Shown: piece by piece, positions 9,649 through 18,643 of the stretch
Numbering within the stretch: position 1 is the first letter of the stretch
Layout of the letters: every line of letters begins with the position of its first letter
Assembly (NCBI GenBank): GCA_937891195.1
Contig: CALAFJ010000017.1
Span: 6,770 to 70,769, forward strand
Origin: an uncultured Clostridia bacterium
Lineage (GTDB): Bacteria > Bacillota > Clostridia > Oscillospirales > Acutalibacteraceae
DNA: 64,000 bases
Reading direction: 5' to 3'
Position numbers and translations under genes: made by a program
Notes under the pieces: generated by a model
The model's database searches: none
What the model was told of the DNA's origin: nothing
What the model saw: only the letters and a program-made list of their open reading frames with translations

Positions 9649-10074
9649 GAGTTCACCTCCTTAGTGTACAAAAACCGAATAGACTCTGTTTTGGAATAAA
9701 GACGTATGCGTTGACGGCGATTTCAATGTCACCTGACCGTTAAATAAAGCGGTAGCTTCGCACAAGTCCGTATATTACACAAAAAGCAGTTAGTTTATCG
9801 TTGCTTTTGTGTTTAATATTATTATACTGAATTAGCTGTATTTGTCAAGAAAATTTTGGTAAATACAGGGAAATACATAGATCGCTCTACATAAATCGTA
9901 TTAGTCGCTCAATGCTCTTTCGGCTTTTCATCGGACGGTACGGGGCTTGTCTAAAACGCCATACTGGTTGCTGTATCGGCTGTGTAAGCATTTTCGTGAG
10001 CGCTTTGAAAAACGGGTGTGTCCACATGGCAAATCCGATCGTCTATTGATCTCAGTTGCCATACGTGTTTTCTA

Positions 10075-10103
10075 TTGAAAAATCGAATGCCGTGTGCTAT
10101 ACT
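10075..10103 (+). promoter_or_regulatory. Sigma-A type promoter (TTGAAA-17-TGcTATACT)
   Basis: The -35 TTGAAA is at 10075-10080 and the extended -10 TGC-TATACT at 10095-10103, with an exact 17-nt spacer. About 290 nt of leader follow before the next CDS. Confidence 0.55.
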
Positions 10104-10399
10104 GAAACCGAACGGGCGGTTACGGCCCTGGGGATGCAAAAGCGCCGAGGGGCGCTTGCCGCAGCGGTCGTCTCGCCGATCTGCCCGGCGTCTGCATGGG
10201 ATATAGGCGCTTAAAAAGCAGCAGCTGCCGCAAGGCGGCTTTTTAAGCGGTCATCAGTTAGCGTTCACTAACCGATGGGGCCGGTGGGGTTCGGGCGCAG
10301 AAAGGCAAGGCGATCTGTCGGAACCGCGCCGGATGGACGGTCTGCGGCGCGTGGATCGGCCACCTGTATGAGAGTTGGAGAGAAAGGGAGAGATGCAGA

Positions 10400-11035
10400 A
10401 TGAAATACATGGGGATGCCCCTGGGTATGTGGGCGCTGTTTGCCGGATCGTTCCGAAAGCAGCTGACGGCGGTGTTCGGATACGATGTGGCCACGGCGAA
10501 AGCCATCGCCAAAAAAGCAAAGCCGCAATACAGGAAAATCATCCGGGAGCTGCCGGAGTTTGAAAAGGACGACCGGTTTAAGATGAATATTGTCAACAGC
10601 GCCATGCTGGGGGCGTTTATCCTTTCCATGCCGGAGCGTCCGGACGTGGAACGGCTGACCGTCTACTATGCCGATGCCATGATGACAAAGCCGATGAAGT
10701 GGTTCTGCCGCAAGGGCGGAAAGGGCAAATTCACCGATAAGGATATCGCCGGTATGAAAGCAACCGCCGCCCTGAAGGCAGCCGACCGCAACCCGTATTC
10801 GTGGAATATGGAGTTTTACGAATATCCCGACGGCAGCGGGTATGAAGGGCGTTTCACCCGGTGCGGCATCTGTGTGTTGATGGAGCGGCTGGGGCTGTAC
10901 GATCTTACCCCGGCTCTGTGTCATCTGGACTACACCATGAGCGAGGCGGGCGGCGCGACGGAGTTTGTGCGGGAATACACGCTCGCCTCCGGCGGCCCCT
11001 ATTGCGACTGCGGATACAGGAGGAAACGCCTGTGA
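10400..11035 (+). CDS. L-2-amino-thiazoline-4-carboxylic acid hydrolase-like protein
   Basis: The C-terminal pattern F.RCGICVLMERLGLYDLTPALCHLDYTMSEAGG...REYTLASGGPYCDCGY is as I recall for the ATC-hydrolase-like family. This is assigned from memory, not from a search. Confidence 0.55.
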   Translation: MKYMGMPLGMWALFAGSFRKQLTAVFGYDVATAKAIAKKAKPQYRKIIRELPEFEKDDRFKMNIVNSAMLGAFILSMPERPDVERLTVYYADAMMTKPMKWFCRKGGKGKFTDKDIAGMKATAALKAADRNPYSWNMEFYEYPDGSGYEGRFTRCGICVLMERLGLYDLTPALCHLDYTMSEAGGATEFVREYTLASGGPYCDCGYRRKRL

Positions 11036-11727
11036 CAGACTTTAACGACATCGGCATCGCATCCACGCCGGATGTGCCGCGCATCAAAAAACTGCTGTCC
11101 ATCGGACTGTGCGCATCCCTGCTCCATTTTGTGGGCGATATGATCCTCGGATGGGGCACGGAGGACGAGACGCTGACCGGAATCGAACGGATGCTTTCGG
11201 CCTATACGGGAACCTCCGACGGCGGCATTTTCGCCGCGGCGCTGCTGGGGCTGTTCGGCATGACGTTGGAGGGGCTTGCCTATTTCGGCATCTATCGGAT
11301 GATCGTACCGTACGCACCCCGGTATGCCCACCGCTACCGCACGGGCATTTTCGGGTATCTGATGTTTGGCGCCTGCGGGTTTCATGTGCCGACCTGCGCC
11401 CTTGTGTTTCTGACAAAACACGGCTGCGGGGCTGCGACGGTGCTGCGGTATGCCGGGTATTTTCTTCTGCCGGCGTTTATGCTGTTCTGGATATTCTTTC
11501 TGGTGCTTGCGGTTGCGCAGATCCGGGCCTTCGCTAAGGGGTACACCCCCTGCCCGCGGTGGGGCTGGGTGTTTTCGCTGCCGGTGGGTATGCTGATTGC
11601 CATGCTGCCGGGTGTGTGCGGCAATTTGCCGGTTGCCAACGCGCTTTCCTGTGCATGGATCGCTTTCGGTAACCTGTGGATGTTCGGCGGGCTGCTGGTT
11701 TTGCTGTGCCGCGTTCGGCGGGATTGA
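11032..11727 (+). CDS. Hypothetical polytopic membrane protein
   Basis: The GTG at 11032 overlaps the upstream stop (GTGA) and lies 9 nt after AGGAGG. There are about 6 hydrophobic segments, and the gene appears translationally coupled to the previous one. Confidence 0.6.
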   Translation: MTDFNDIGIASTPDVPRIKKLLSIGLCASLLHFVGDMILGWGTEDETLTGIERMLSAYTGTSDGGIFAAALLGLFGMTLEGLAYFGIYRMIVPYAPRYAHRYRTGIFGYLMFGACGFHVPTCALVFLTKHGCGAATVLRYAGYFLLPAFMLFWIFFLVLAVAQIRAFAKGYTPCPRWGWVFSLPVGMLIAMLPGVCGNLPVANALSCAWIAFGNLWMFGGLLVLLCRVRRD

Positions 11728-12139
11728 GAGACCGACTGTCCCCGTGCATATGTGCAGGCTGAGATGGCGGCGCGGCGGCGTGGAAACCGACGCTTTTGGC
11801 AGGACGGACACGCTGTCCGGTATGGGAAATCCCCTGTAAAGTGTCCCGCGCTATGTACGTTCATGCAGACAGGCGGAGCGGGTGGCGCGTCGACGGAAAA
11901 CCCGGATTTTTTGCGATGCGGGTCGTTCCGGTGCGCTTTCCGGCGGCGGTGAGGGGCGGGGGATGCCTGCCGCGCGTCCCGGCGACAGGGCGTGGCGCTC
12001 CCGTGCGGTATGTCCGGCCGGGGCCGCCGGTCACAGGCCTCTTGTCGGTGTGGGGTTCTTTACGGATGACCGCTCCCGGAGCGGCCGAGAAGCAGCCGAT
12101 GCCCCGCCGAAGAAGACGCGGCACCCCGTGCAGCGAGCG

Positions 12140-13015
12140 CTATCGGTTTTCATAGATACGGATCGCGCCCACGGTGGCGGCGCGGGCACAGACATCCTCC
12201 GCAAGGCAGCGAGCGCTTTTCTGATAATACCGTTCCAGCAGATACCGCTCCGGTCGGGCCAGCTCCGGCTTGCCGCCGAATATGTATTCCTCAGCGGGGA
12301 TGGCAGCAACGGCGCGTACTTCGTCATGCAGCACGACTCCCAGCAGGAAGCTGTACACCTCCTGTCCGGAGCAGCCGCACAGGGTGTCCAGCACCCGGCT
12401 CCGGAACAGCGCCCGGTTGATGCCGGCGCTGTCGCAGCACTCGAATCCCCGACACAGGTAGGCGGGATCGACCGTGTCGCCGTAGGAAAAGCTGCGGCCC
12501 AGGATCGTGCCCTCGTGCAGGGCATGGAGCAGCTCTCCCGTCATATAGGTGCAAAAATCCGCGATGCATCCGTCCGGATCGGTGAGGATGCATTTGGTGT
12601 GGGTGCCGGGCAGCAGATAGACCGCGTCGGGACGGATTGTCGTTTCCAGACCGTACAGCTCGGTCTCCTCTCCCCGCATCACGTCGGCGGCGGTTTTCAC
12701 CCCCGGAATGAAATGGAGGGGGAAGGGGGCGATGTCCGGCAGCGTCGCTGCCCGGATACCGGCATGCAGCGCGGCGATACCGGCCGGGACGGGCAGATGC
12801 GGCATGGGGTACAGCCCCTGTTCGCTGCCGATCATGCCGGAGGCCAGCACCGTGTCTCCCGTGCGGACGAACTGTGCCAGCGCTCTGCGGACAAACCCGG
12901 TCAGCCCCGCGGGGTTTCCGGCGCCGACGGGAGCGGTGGCCGCCAGCCGCACACCGGTGCTGTCCTGCCGATACAGGCGGGTGTTGGTGGTGCCGCCGTC
13001 AATGTGCCAGTACAT
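12140..13015 (-). CDS. dgoK: 2-dehydro-3-deoxygalactonokinase
   Basis: The translation MYWHIDGGTTNTRLY...SGMIGSEQGL...VMRGEETELYG...LLPGTHTKC is the DgoK pattern. The ATG at 13015 has a GGAGGA RBS, and the gene overlaps the upstream aldolase gene. Confidence 0.8.
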   Translation of the reverse strand: MYWHIDGGTTNTRLYRQDSTGVRLAATAPVGAGNPAGLTGFVRRALAQFVRTGDTVLASGMIGSEQGLYPMPHLPVPAGIAALHAGIRAATLPDIAPFPLHFIPGVKTAADVMRGEETELYGLETTIRPDAVYLLPGTHTKCILTDPDGCIADFCTYMTGELLHALHEGTILGRSFSYGDTVDPAYLCRGFECCDSAGINRALFRSRVLDTLCGCSGQEVYSFLLGVVLHDEVRAVAAIPAEEYIFGGKPELARPERYLLERYYQKSARCLAEDVCARAATVGAIRIYENR

Positions 13016-13670
13016 GGGATCCTCCTTTCGCCCGTGCCGCATAGTGGGCCGCCAGCGTTCGGATCCCGTCAAAATCCCGGGCTGCCACGCGGGCGCGGTT
13101 GACGAGATTCGAGCCGATCCCCACGCTGCCTGCCCCGGCGGCGAAATACTCCGCCATATTGTCCGGGGTGATGCCGCCCACAGCCATGATATTCAGCTGC
13201 GGCAGCGGCCCGCGCAGCGCCGCCAGGTAGCCGCTGCCCAGGCTGGCCGCCGGGAAGAGCTTGATGATGTCGCCGCCGGCAGCGTCGGCGGCCTGCACCT
13301 CGGTGGGGGTGAGCGCGCCGGGCACAGACACCAGCCCCAGTGCCCGGGTGCGGTCGATCACCGCCGGGTCGGTATTGGGAGACAGTACGAACCCGGCGCC
13401 CGCCGATGCGGCCAGCTCCGCCTGCTGCACCGTCAGCACCGTGCCGGCGCCTACCAGCAGCCGTCCCGCAAAGCGGTCGACCGCCAGGGCGATGTCTCCG
13501 GCGGTGTCGCGGTCAGAGCGGCTTTTGTCGGCGCGGAAGGTGATCTCCACCAGCCGGATGCCGCCGGCATACAGCGCCTCCAAGGTGTCGGGCAGAGCCG
13601 CCTCCGGGATGCCCCGCACAATGGCGACCAGTCGATGCTGCCGGATGGCATGAAGAACCGTTTGACGCAT
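12999..13670 (-). CDS. eda: KDPG/KDPGal (4-hydroxy-2-oxoglutarate) aldolase
   Basis: The translation LVAIVRGIP...GGIRLVEITF...GAGTVLTV.QAELA..AGA.F.LSPN...PGALTPTEV...A.AGGDIIKLFPA is the Eda/DgoA family pattern. Confidence 0.85.
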   Translation of the reverse strand: MRQTVLHAIRQHRLVAIVRGIPEAALPDTLEALYAGGIRLVEITFRADKSRSDRDTAGDIALAVDRFAGRLLVGAGTVLTVQQAELAASAGAGFVLSPNTDPAVIDRTRALGLVSVPGALTPTEVQAADAAGGDIIKLFPAASLGSGYLAALRGPLPQLNIMAVGGITPDNMAEYFAAGAGSVGIGSNLVNRARVAARDFDGIRTLAAHYAARAKGGSHVLAH

Positions 13671-14275
13671 ACAGAACTCCTCCGTTTATGCAATGATAGC
13701 CGTTTGTATCCCGACGGCTTTGCCCCAGTGTAGCATATGGGAATCGCAAAAACCATTGCATATTCGACGTGAATCCTTGCGGTTTTTGCAAAGCTGCGGG
13801 CGGCGGGAGGGGGTAGATAAAGCGATTCGGCTGCGATTGCTTTGTCGGATTTAAGCGCGCGTATAGCGGCTTTGTTGCTTTCCGTTCAGCATACGTCAGT
13901 ATTCTCCGGTCGGGCAACCCGCCGCTACAACCCGCGGCTTGCCGAAAACCTTCGACCGGATTTTTGTATGATCAGTCGAAGTACACGCAATACTGGCGTA
14001 TGGCGTGTGATGAGACAAACAAAAGGGGAAAACATTTTGTTTCAGGCGCGGTTGTACCGGATCGTTTTGTCTATGGACGGGCATTGTCGGAAAAGGCCGT
14101 TGCTGCGCTCCGGTATGCCGTATGTTCCGGGGCATATTGCGGTGGAAACAGTATATTTTCCTTGCATTATGGAATTAAGTGTGCTACACTGGAAACTACC
14201 GCATGGTCGGTGTTTCTGCTCAGCGGCAGAGACGTCATGCCGCCCGGGCGGAATTTATGCCTGAAAAGAGGAAAA

Positions 14276-14635
14276 ATGATGAAAAAGACCCTGACCGTTC
14301 TCTCCGTTGTGCTGGCGCTGATCCTGATGATCGGCCTTGCCGGCTGCGGCGCAAGTGAGAAAAAGCAGGAAGCCATCGACAAGCATACGCAGGTCGCTGT
14401 GGCGTTCAATGAGGTCGCTACCCTCATCAACGAGAACAAGGAAGTGATCGACAGCGACATGATCGACACCTATCAGCAGATGAGCGATCTGCTCAACCAG
14501 TATACCGAGATCCTGCAGGGGGATACGGAGCTGGAGGACGCGAAGTATGACGAGATGATCGCCTGGTTCGATGAGGTCTCCGACTGGATCACCGAAACAA
14601 AGGACTATATTGATACCGAGCTGAACGCCGGCTGA
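14276..14635 (+). CDS. Small hypothetical lipoprotein
   Basis: The translation MMKKTLTVLSVVLALILMIGLAGCG has a lipobox. The mature part is acidic and helical. An AAGAGGAAAAATG RBS is present. Confidence 0.7.
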   Translation: MMKKTLTVLSVVLALILMIGLAGCGASEKKQEAIDKHTQVAVAFNEVATLINENKEVIDSDMIDTYQQMSDLLNQYTEILQGDTELEDAKYDEMIAWFDEVSDWITETKDYIDTELNAG

Positions 14636-14660
14636 TAGACACCGACCGGTAATTGACGGC

Positions 14661-14722
14661 AAAAAGCAGCGCCCTGCGTTGGGATCCGCGGACGGATCGC
14701 AGCGTCGGGCGTTGCTTTTTTG
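14661..14722 (+). terminator. Compound hairpin with U-tract
   Basis: AAAAAGCAGCGCCC ... GGGCGTTGCTTTTTTG. This is a long stem with an internal palindrome, lying between convergent genes. Confidence 0.5.
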
Positions 14723-14884
14723 CTTTAAGGGGTCGGTGCATAGCGAGCTGTGTGCCCGGCGGCATCCGGCGGGTGATGAACGGGCTGTGTGTCCGGGTTG
14801 CTGCGGCGGTGTTTTTCACACCGGCTCGATCGGGATTTTCCCGCTCCGGGGCCGCGGAATGCCGCGCCCTTTTGGCACGCCGGG

Positions 14885-15427
14885 TTATTCCTCCATCTGC
14901 TTGCCAAGGAAAGCGGCGGCTACCTGCGCCAGCCGCACGTCTCCCTCGGAGGGGATGGAGCCGCTTTCCGGCTGCAGCAGGCACACGATGCCGGTCACAT
15001 CGCCGGAGGCCATGATGGGGGCCGCCACGGAAGCATAGCGGCCGATGGCCTCCACGGGCTGCAGACGGTTGGCGGCCCCGGCATGGGTCACGTACACCTG
15101 TCGGCTGTCCATGACCTCCTCCAGCTGCGCCGACACCCGCCGGTCATAGAAATCCTTGCGGCTGTTGCCGGCGGCGGCGATGACGTGATCCCGGTCGCAG
15201 ATGAGCACGGTCATATTGCAGGCGCGGGACAGCACGTCGGCGTACTGCACCGCGAAGGGGGACAGCTCGCCGACGGGGGAATACTTCTTAAAGACCACCT
15301 CACCGTCTTTTTCGGTGAAGATCTCCAGCGGGTCGCCCTCACGGATACGCATGGTACGGCGGATCTCCTTGGGAATGACGACGCGGCCCAGATCGTCAAT
15401 GCGGCGGACAATTCCGGTTGCTTTCAT
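14885..15427 (-). CDS. spoVT: Stage V sporulation protein T (AbrB-family N-terminus plus GAF-like C-terminus)
   Basis: The translation MKATGIVRRIDDLGRVVIPKEIRRTMRIREGDPLEIF is the SpoVT/AbrB swapped-hairpin signature, followed by about 130 aa of C-terminal domain. An AAGGAGA RBS is present. Confidence 0.9.
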   Translation of the reverse strand: MKATGIVRRIDDLGRVVIPKEIRRTMRIREGDPLEIFTEKDGEVVFKKYSPVGELSPFAVQYADVLSRACNMTVLICDRDHVIAAAGNSRKDFYDRRVSAQLEEVMDSRQVYVTHAGAANRLQPVEAIGRYASVAAPIMASGDVTGIVCLLQPESGSIPSEGDVRLAQVAAAFLGKQMEE

Positions 15428-15559
15428 GGTACTGATTCTCCTTTGCTTCAAGTCACGCTGCTATTGTTTGTCAGCGATGGAGAATTATACCGGTCATTCG
15501 CCGTTTTGAAGGATTCGCCGCTGGAAAAATTCGGAACCGCAGTAAAAATGCCCCGTTTT

Positions 15560-15700
15560 GTCAAGAAGCCTTTGGAGCGGCATGACCGGATAAAACGGCG
15601 GCATCCAAATCGACTCTTTTTCCCGGGGTATGCTGCAAGCCAATGTGCGTAAAATGGGTGGCCATGGCATCAATGTTTAGATATCGTTCTATTCGGCTAT
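15560..15700 (-). pseudogene. Relic of the 3-prime part of a paralogue of the 17522-18277 gene
   Basis: The minus-strand translation ATHFTHIGLQHTPGKRVDLDAAVL matches ATYFTHIGLQYTPEERVDLAAGKR near the C-terminus of the 17522-18277 product. The DNA similarity is visible by eye (ATCGACTCTTT.T.CCGGGGTAT..TGCA.GCC.ATGTGCGTAAAAT.GGTGGC). Confidence 0.5.
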
Positions 15701-15968
15701 GAATATTCCGCCACAATATCCGGTGTGGTACGGAACAGGAACCATGCAAAGCAATATGCGAGTATGCTGTTTTTGTCTATGGACAAAGCGATGTGCTTGA
15801 AAAGTGCTCTGCTTTTTGCTACAATAAAATTGTACAGTTTCTCTTATCCATATAAAGTGTTATTGCAAACGACATTTTATTGAGAACGGATCTCTCGTCC
15901 GTCTCTCCGTGGAGCATACGGTGCTGCAAAATAAAAGACAGTATGCAAAGTCTGTACAAGGGTACGGT

Positions 15969-17270
15969 ATGAGAAAAAGAATAGCGGGACTCAAGAACTT
16001 TCACTGGCGGCTGTGGTTCTCTCTTTGCGCACTTGCGCTCATTCCGGCGGTCTACCAAACGGCCAAAACATTTTTGATCTCCGTCGGCGGGCAGGACGGC
16101 GTATTCGACATCATCGGGCAAATGGAATGGTTTGATTTGATAAATGAAACCCTGCAAGCATTTCTCATCGTACCGCTCTACTCGGTGTTGAACCGTATTT
16201 TTAAAAATCACCGTGACGAATTCGCGGGAGCAACTTTCAAAACAGGGTTATGCGTTCTCCTGCTGTATACGCTTTTCTCGGTCGGCGTCCTTATTTACGG
16301 CTCGGTGCTGGTCGGCGCAATGAGTCCGGGTGAGATAGACATAGCGGTCACCTCTACATATCTCCGTCTTGAAACGGTCGCATTTATGACGGGAATCATC
16401 GTCAGCTTTGCCAATGTGGTCTTCGTCGTGATCGGCAAGGACAAAAATGTGTATATTTTTCTTGCCGTTCGCACAGCGCTGTCGCTTATCGCCGACCTTT
16501 TGCTGATACCAGACTTCGGTGTTTACGGTGTGGTGATATCAAATAGTATATCAAACACTCTGCTTTCCGTCGTGTGCACCCTGCTGCTGTATAAGCAGGG
16601 CTATATCCGGTTTTGCCGTTTCAAAAGACCCGACGGAGCGATGCTCCGTGATTGGTGCAAGACCGGAGTATTCTCCGGGTTTCAGCAGTTTATCGACAAC
16701 CTTATCTATGCCGTTATGGTTTGCAAAATGGTGAATATGATTGCAGAGCAGGGCAACTATTGGATCGCAAATAATTTTATCTGGGGGTGGCTGCTCATTC
16801 CGATCACGGCCCTTGCTGAAGTGATCCGCTCAGACTGCAAGGACGGTTACAAAGAGCTGCATAAATTCAACTACTACTTCATTGCTGCCGCAAGCACGGT
16901 GCTCTGGGCGGTGACCATTCCTGCGTGGATCCCGTTCTTCCGCTATGCGCAGGGGCTTGAGAATGCGGGTGAGATTTTCAGCATCGTTATAAAGCTCGTT
17001 CCGTTTTACATTGCGTATGCCGGTTGCGCCATTATTGATAATATCTTTGTGGGACTTGGGAAAACGGGTTATACCGCAGTCAATTCTCTGATTATAACCC
17101 TCGGCTATTACGGCGTTTTCCATATCCTGTACCGTGCCCATGTCATCACATTTACGATGAACACGATCATTCAGATGTTCGGCTTTGGCATGGTCGTACA
17201 TTATGCCGTTTCGCTGCTTGAGGAAAAGGTGTTTTTCAGAAGGGCGCTTAGAGAGATCAAAACCAAATAA
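15969..17270 (+). CDS. MATE/MOP-superfamily-like polytopic transporter (lower GC than its surroundings)
   Basis: The product is about 433 aa with about 12 hydrophobic segments and has the length and topology of MATE-type exporters. I cannot verify the family. The start is chosen at MRKRIAGLK (15969). Confidence 0.55.
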   Translation: MRKRIAGLKNFHWRLWFSLCALALIPAVYQTAKTFLISVGGQDGVFDIIGQMEWFDLINETLQAFLIVPLYSVLNRIFKNHRDEFAGATFKTGLCVLLLYTLFSVGVLIYGSVLVGAMSPGEIDIAVTSTYLRLETVAFMTGIIVSFANVVFVVIGKDKNVYIFLAVRTALSLIADLLLIPDFGVYGVVISNSISNTLLSVVCTLLLYKQGYIRFCRFKRPDGAMLRDWCKTGVFSGFQQFIDNLIYAVMVCKMVNMIAEQGNYWIANNFIWGWLLIPITALAEVIRSDCKDGYKELHKFNYYFIAAASTVLWAVTIPAWIPFFRYAQGLENAGEIFSIVIKLVPFYIAYAGCAIIDNIFVGLGKTGYTAVNSLIITLGYYGVFHILYRAHVITFTMNTIIQMFGFGMVVHYAVSLLEEKVFFRRALREIKTK

Positions 17271-17404
17271 AGCGAAAACTCCTGGCACCTCTTACGAAGT
17301 ATGCGGTACGAGGAGTTTTTTGACATTTCATTTTCCGAGCCGTGAAGTGAGTTTCCCCACGGCTGTTTGGAACCTTTCGAGCGGTGTCCGTGTTTATCGG
17401 CGGC

Positions 17405-17502
17405 CGGTCGTCTCACGGATACGCAAGGTGCGTTGGGTCTCCTTGGAACTGACGACGCGGCCCCGGATTGTCAATGCGGCGGACAAATCCGGTTGCTTTC
17501 AT
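17405..17502 (-). pseudogene. Frameshifted duplicate of the spoVT 5-prime end
   Basis: The minus strand reads MKATGFVRRIDNPGPRRQ..., and the DNA aligns with 15330-15427 (ATGAAAGCAACCGGA.TTGTCCGCCGCATTGAC). A 1-nt insertion (CCGGGGCCGCG versus CTGGGCCGCG) destroys the frame. The upstream AAGGAAAG RBS region is also duplicated. Confidence 0.75.
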
Positions 17503-17521
17503 GGGACGGACTTTCCTTTGC

Positions 17522-18277
17522 TTAAAGTCGGTCAATATAACTGCTGAGTATTTCCAGATCATACCGATTGGCGGCATTCCATTCTTCGTACGTAAAGTCT
17601 GTTTTGTCGTCCGGCAGTTCATCGAATACGCCGCGCTTGCCGGCGGCCAGATCGACTCTTTCTTCCGGGGTATATTGCAGGCCGATGTGCGTAAAATAGG
17701 TGGCATACCCGTTTTCACCGTTTTTTATCTGCGCATTGATATAGGGAACACTTAAAACACCGTATTTACTCAGAGCCTCCAGTTTATCTTCAACCGGCTG
17801 CGGAGAAGCCATGATTGCCGGTATGGCTGTTTTGGATTCCTGAATGAGTTTTTTGATGCCGGCATATTCGGGGTGGATCGAGGAAGATTCATCAAAGTAT
17901 TCCGAGTTCAGAAGAATGTCCATACGGTCAATGGCCAACAGGGTATAAAGGCCCTCAATGTAGAATGCAACCCTGTATCCCTCCCGAATGTTGCCGCTTT
18001 CCAGTTTTTCCATAAGTAAGGGAATGCCCCCGATTCCAATACCGGCCAACTCTTTTGATTCATGTATGAGCACTTTTGTATCCGATGACGCACGGATATT
18101 GGACAAATCAATATCGTCTATCGTTGATTCCACTTTTGAAAAATTCTTTTCTATTTCTTGCGCTCTGGCATCCATTCCGGTAGGAGAAAGCAGAAAAACA
18201 GACACGGTGATCATCATTGACAGGATCAATACGGAAAGAGAGAGACACAATGTGTTTTTTCTTCTGAAGTTAGCCAT
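17522..18277 (-). CDS. Hypothetical secreted or membrane-anchored protein
   Basis: The N-terminus has a TM/signal segment (LCLSLSVLILSMMITVSVFLL). The remaining ~220 aa belong to no family I recognise. Confidence 0.6.
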   Translation of the reverse strand: MANFRRKNTLCLSLSVLILSMMITVSVFLLSPTGMDARAQEIEKNFSKVESTIDDIDLSNIRASSDTKVLIHESKELAGIGIGGIPLLMEKLESGNIREGYRVAFYIEGLYTLLAIDRMDILLNSEYFDESSSIHPEYAGIKKLIQESKTAIPAIMASPQPVEDKLEALSKYGVLSVPYINAQIKNGENGYATYFTHIGLQYTPEERVDLAAGKRGVFDELPDDKTDFTYEEWNAANRYDLEILSSYIDRL

Positions 18278-18565
18278 GATTCGTACCTCCTGTAAATTGA
18301 TTTATTTTGTGTACACATTCCCCCATCTACGGATGGTTTTATTATACCGTTTTTCTTTTCACTTATCAAGTCTTACTATTTAACCAACTGCAAGTGATAG
18401 CCAAGGTATCCTCAAAAAGCGTTTACACACAAATAGCCCCGGAGAAACACATCTCTGTGCTCTTCGGGGATACCCGTTAACTCTCTGACGGCCGCTGCGG
18501 CGGTGGCATATCGCCGGCTATTGACAGCGGCGGGAAACGTTCCCGAGCCGCCGTCCCCGAGCCGT

Positions 18566-18608
18566 CAAAAAACACCGGCGGGACAGCAAACCGGTTGCTG
18601 TCCCGCCG
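18566..18608 (-). terminator. Rho-independent terminator downstream of the MBL-fold gene
   Basis: A CGGCGGGACAGCAA / TTGCTGTCCCGCCG stem is followed on the minus strand by a TTTTTT run. Confidence 0.6.
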
Positions 18609-18643
18609 ATTAACGAGGTCTTTCGCCGAATGGGCGGAAACCG

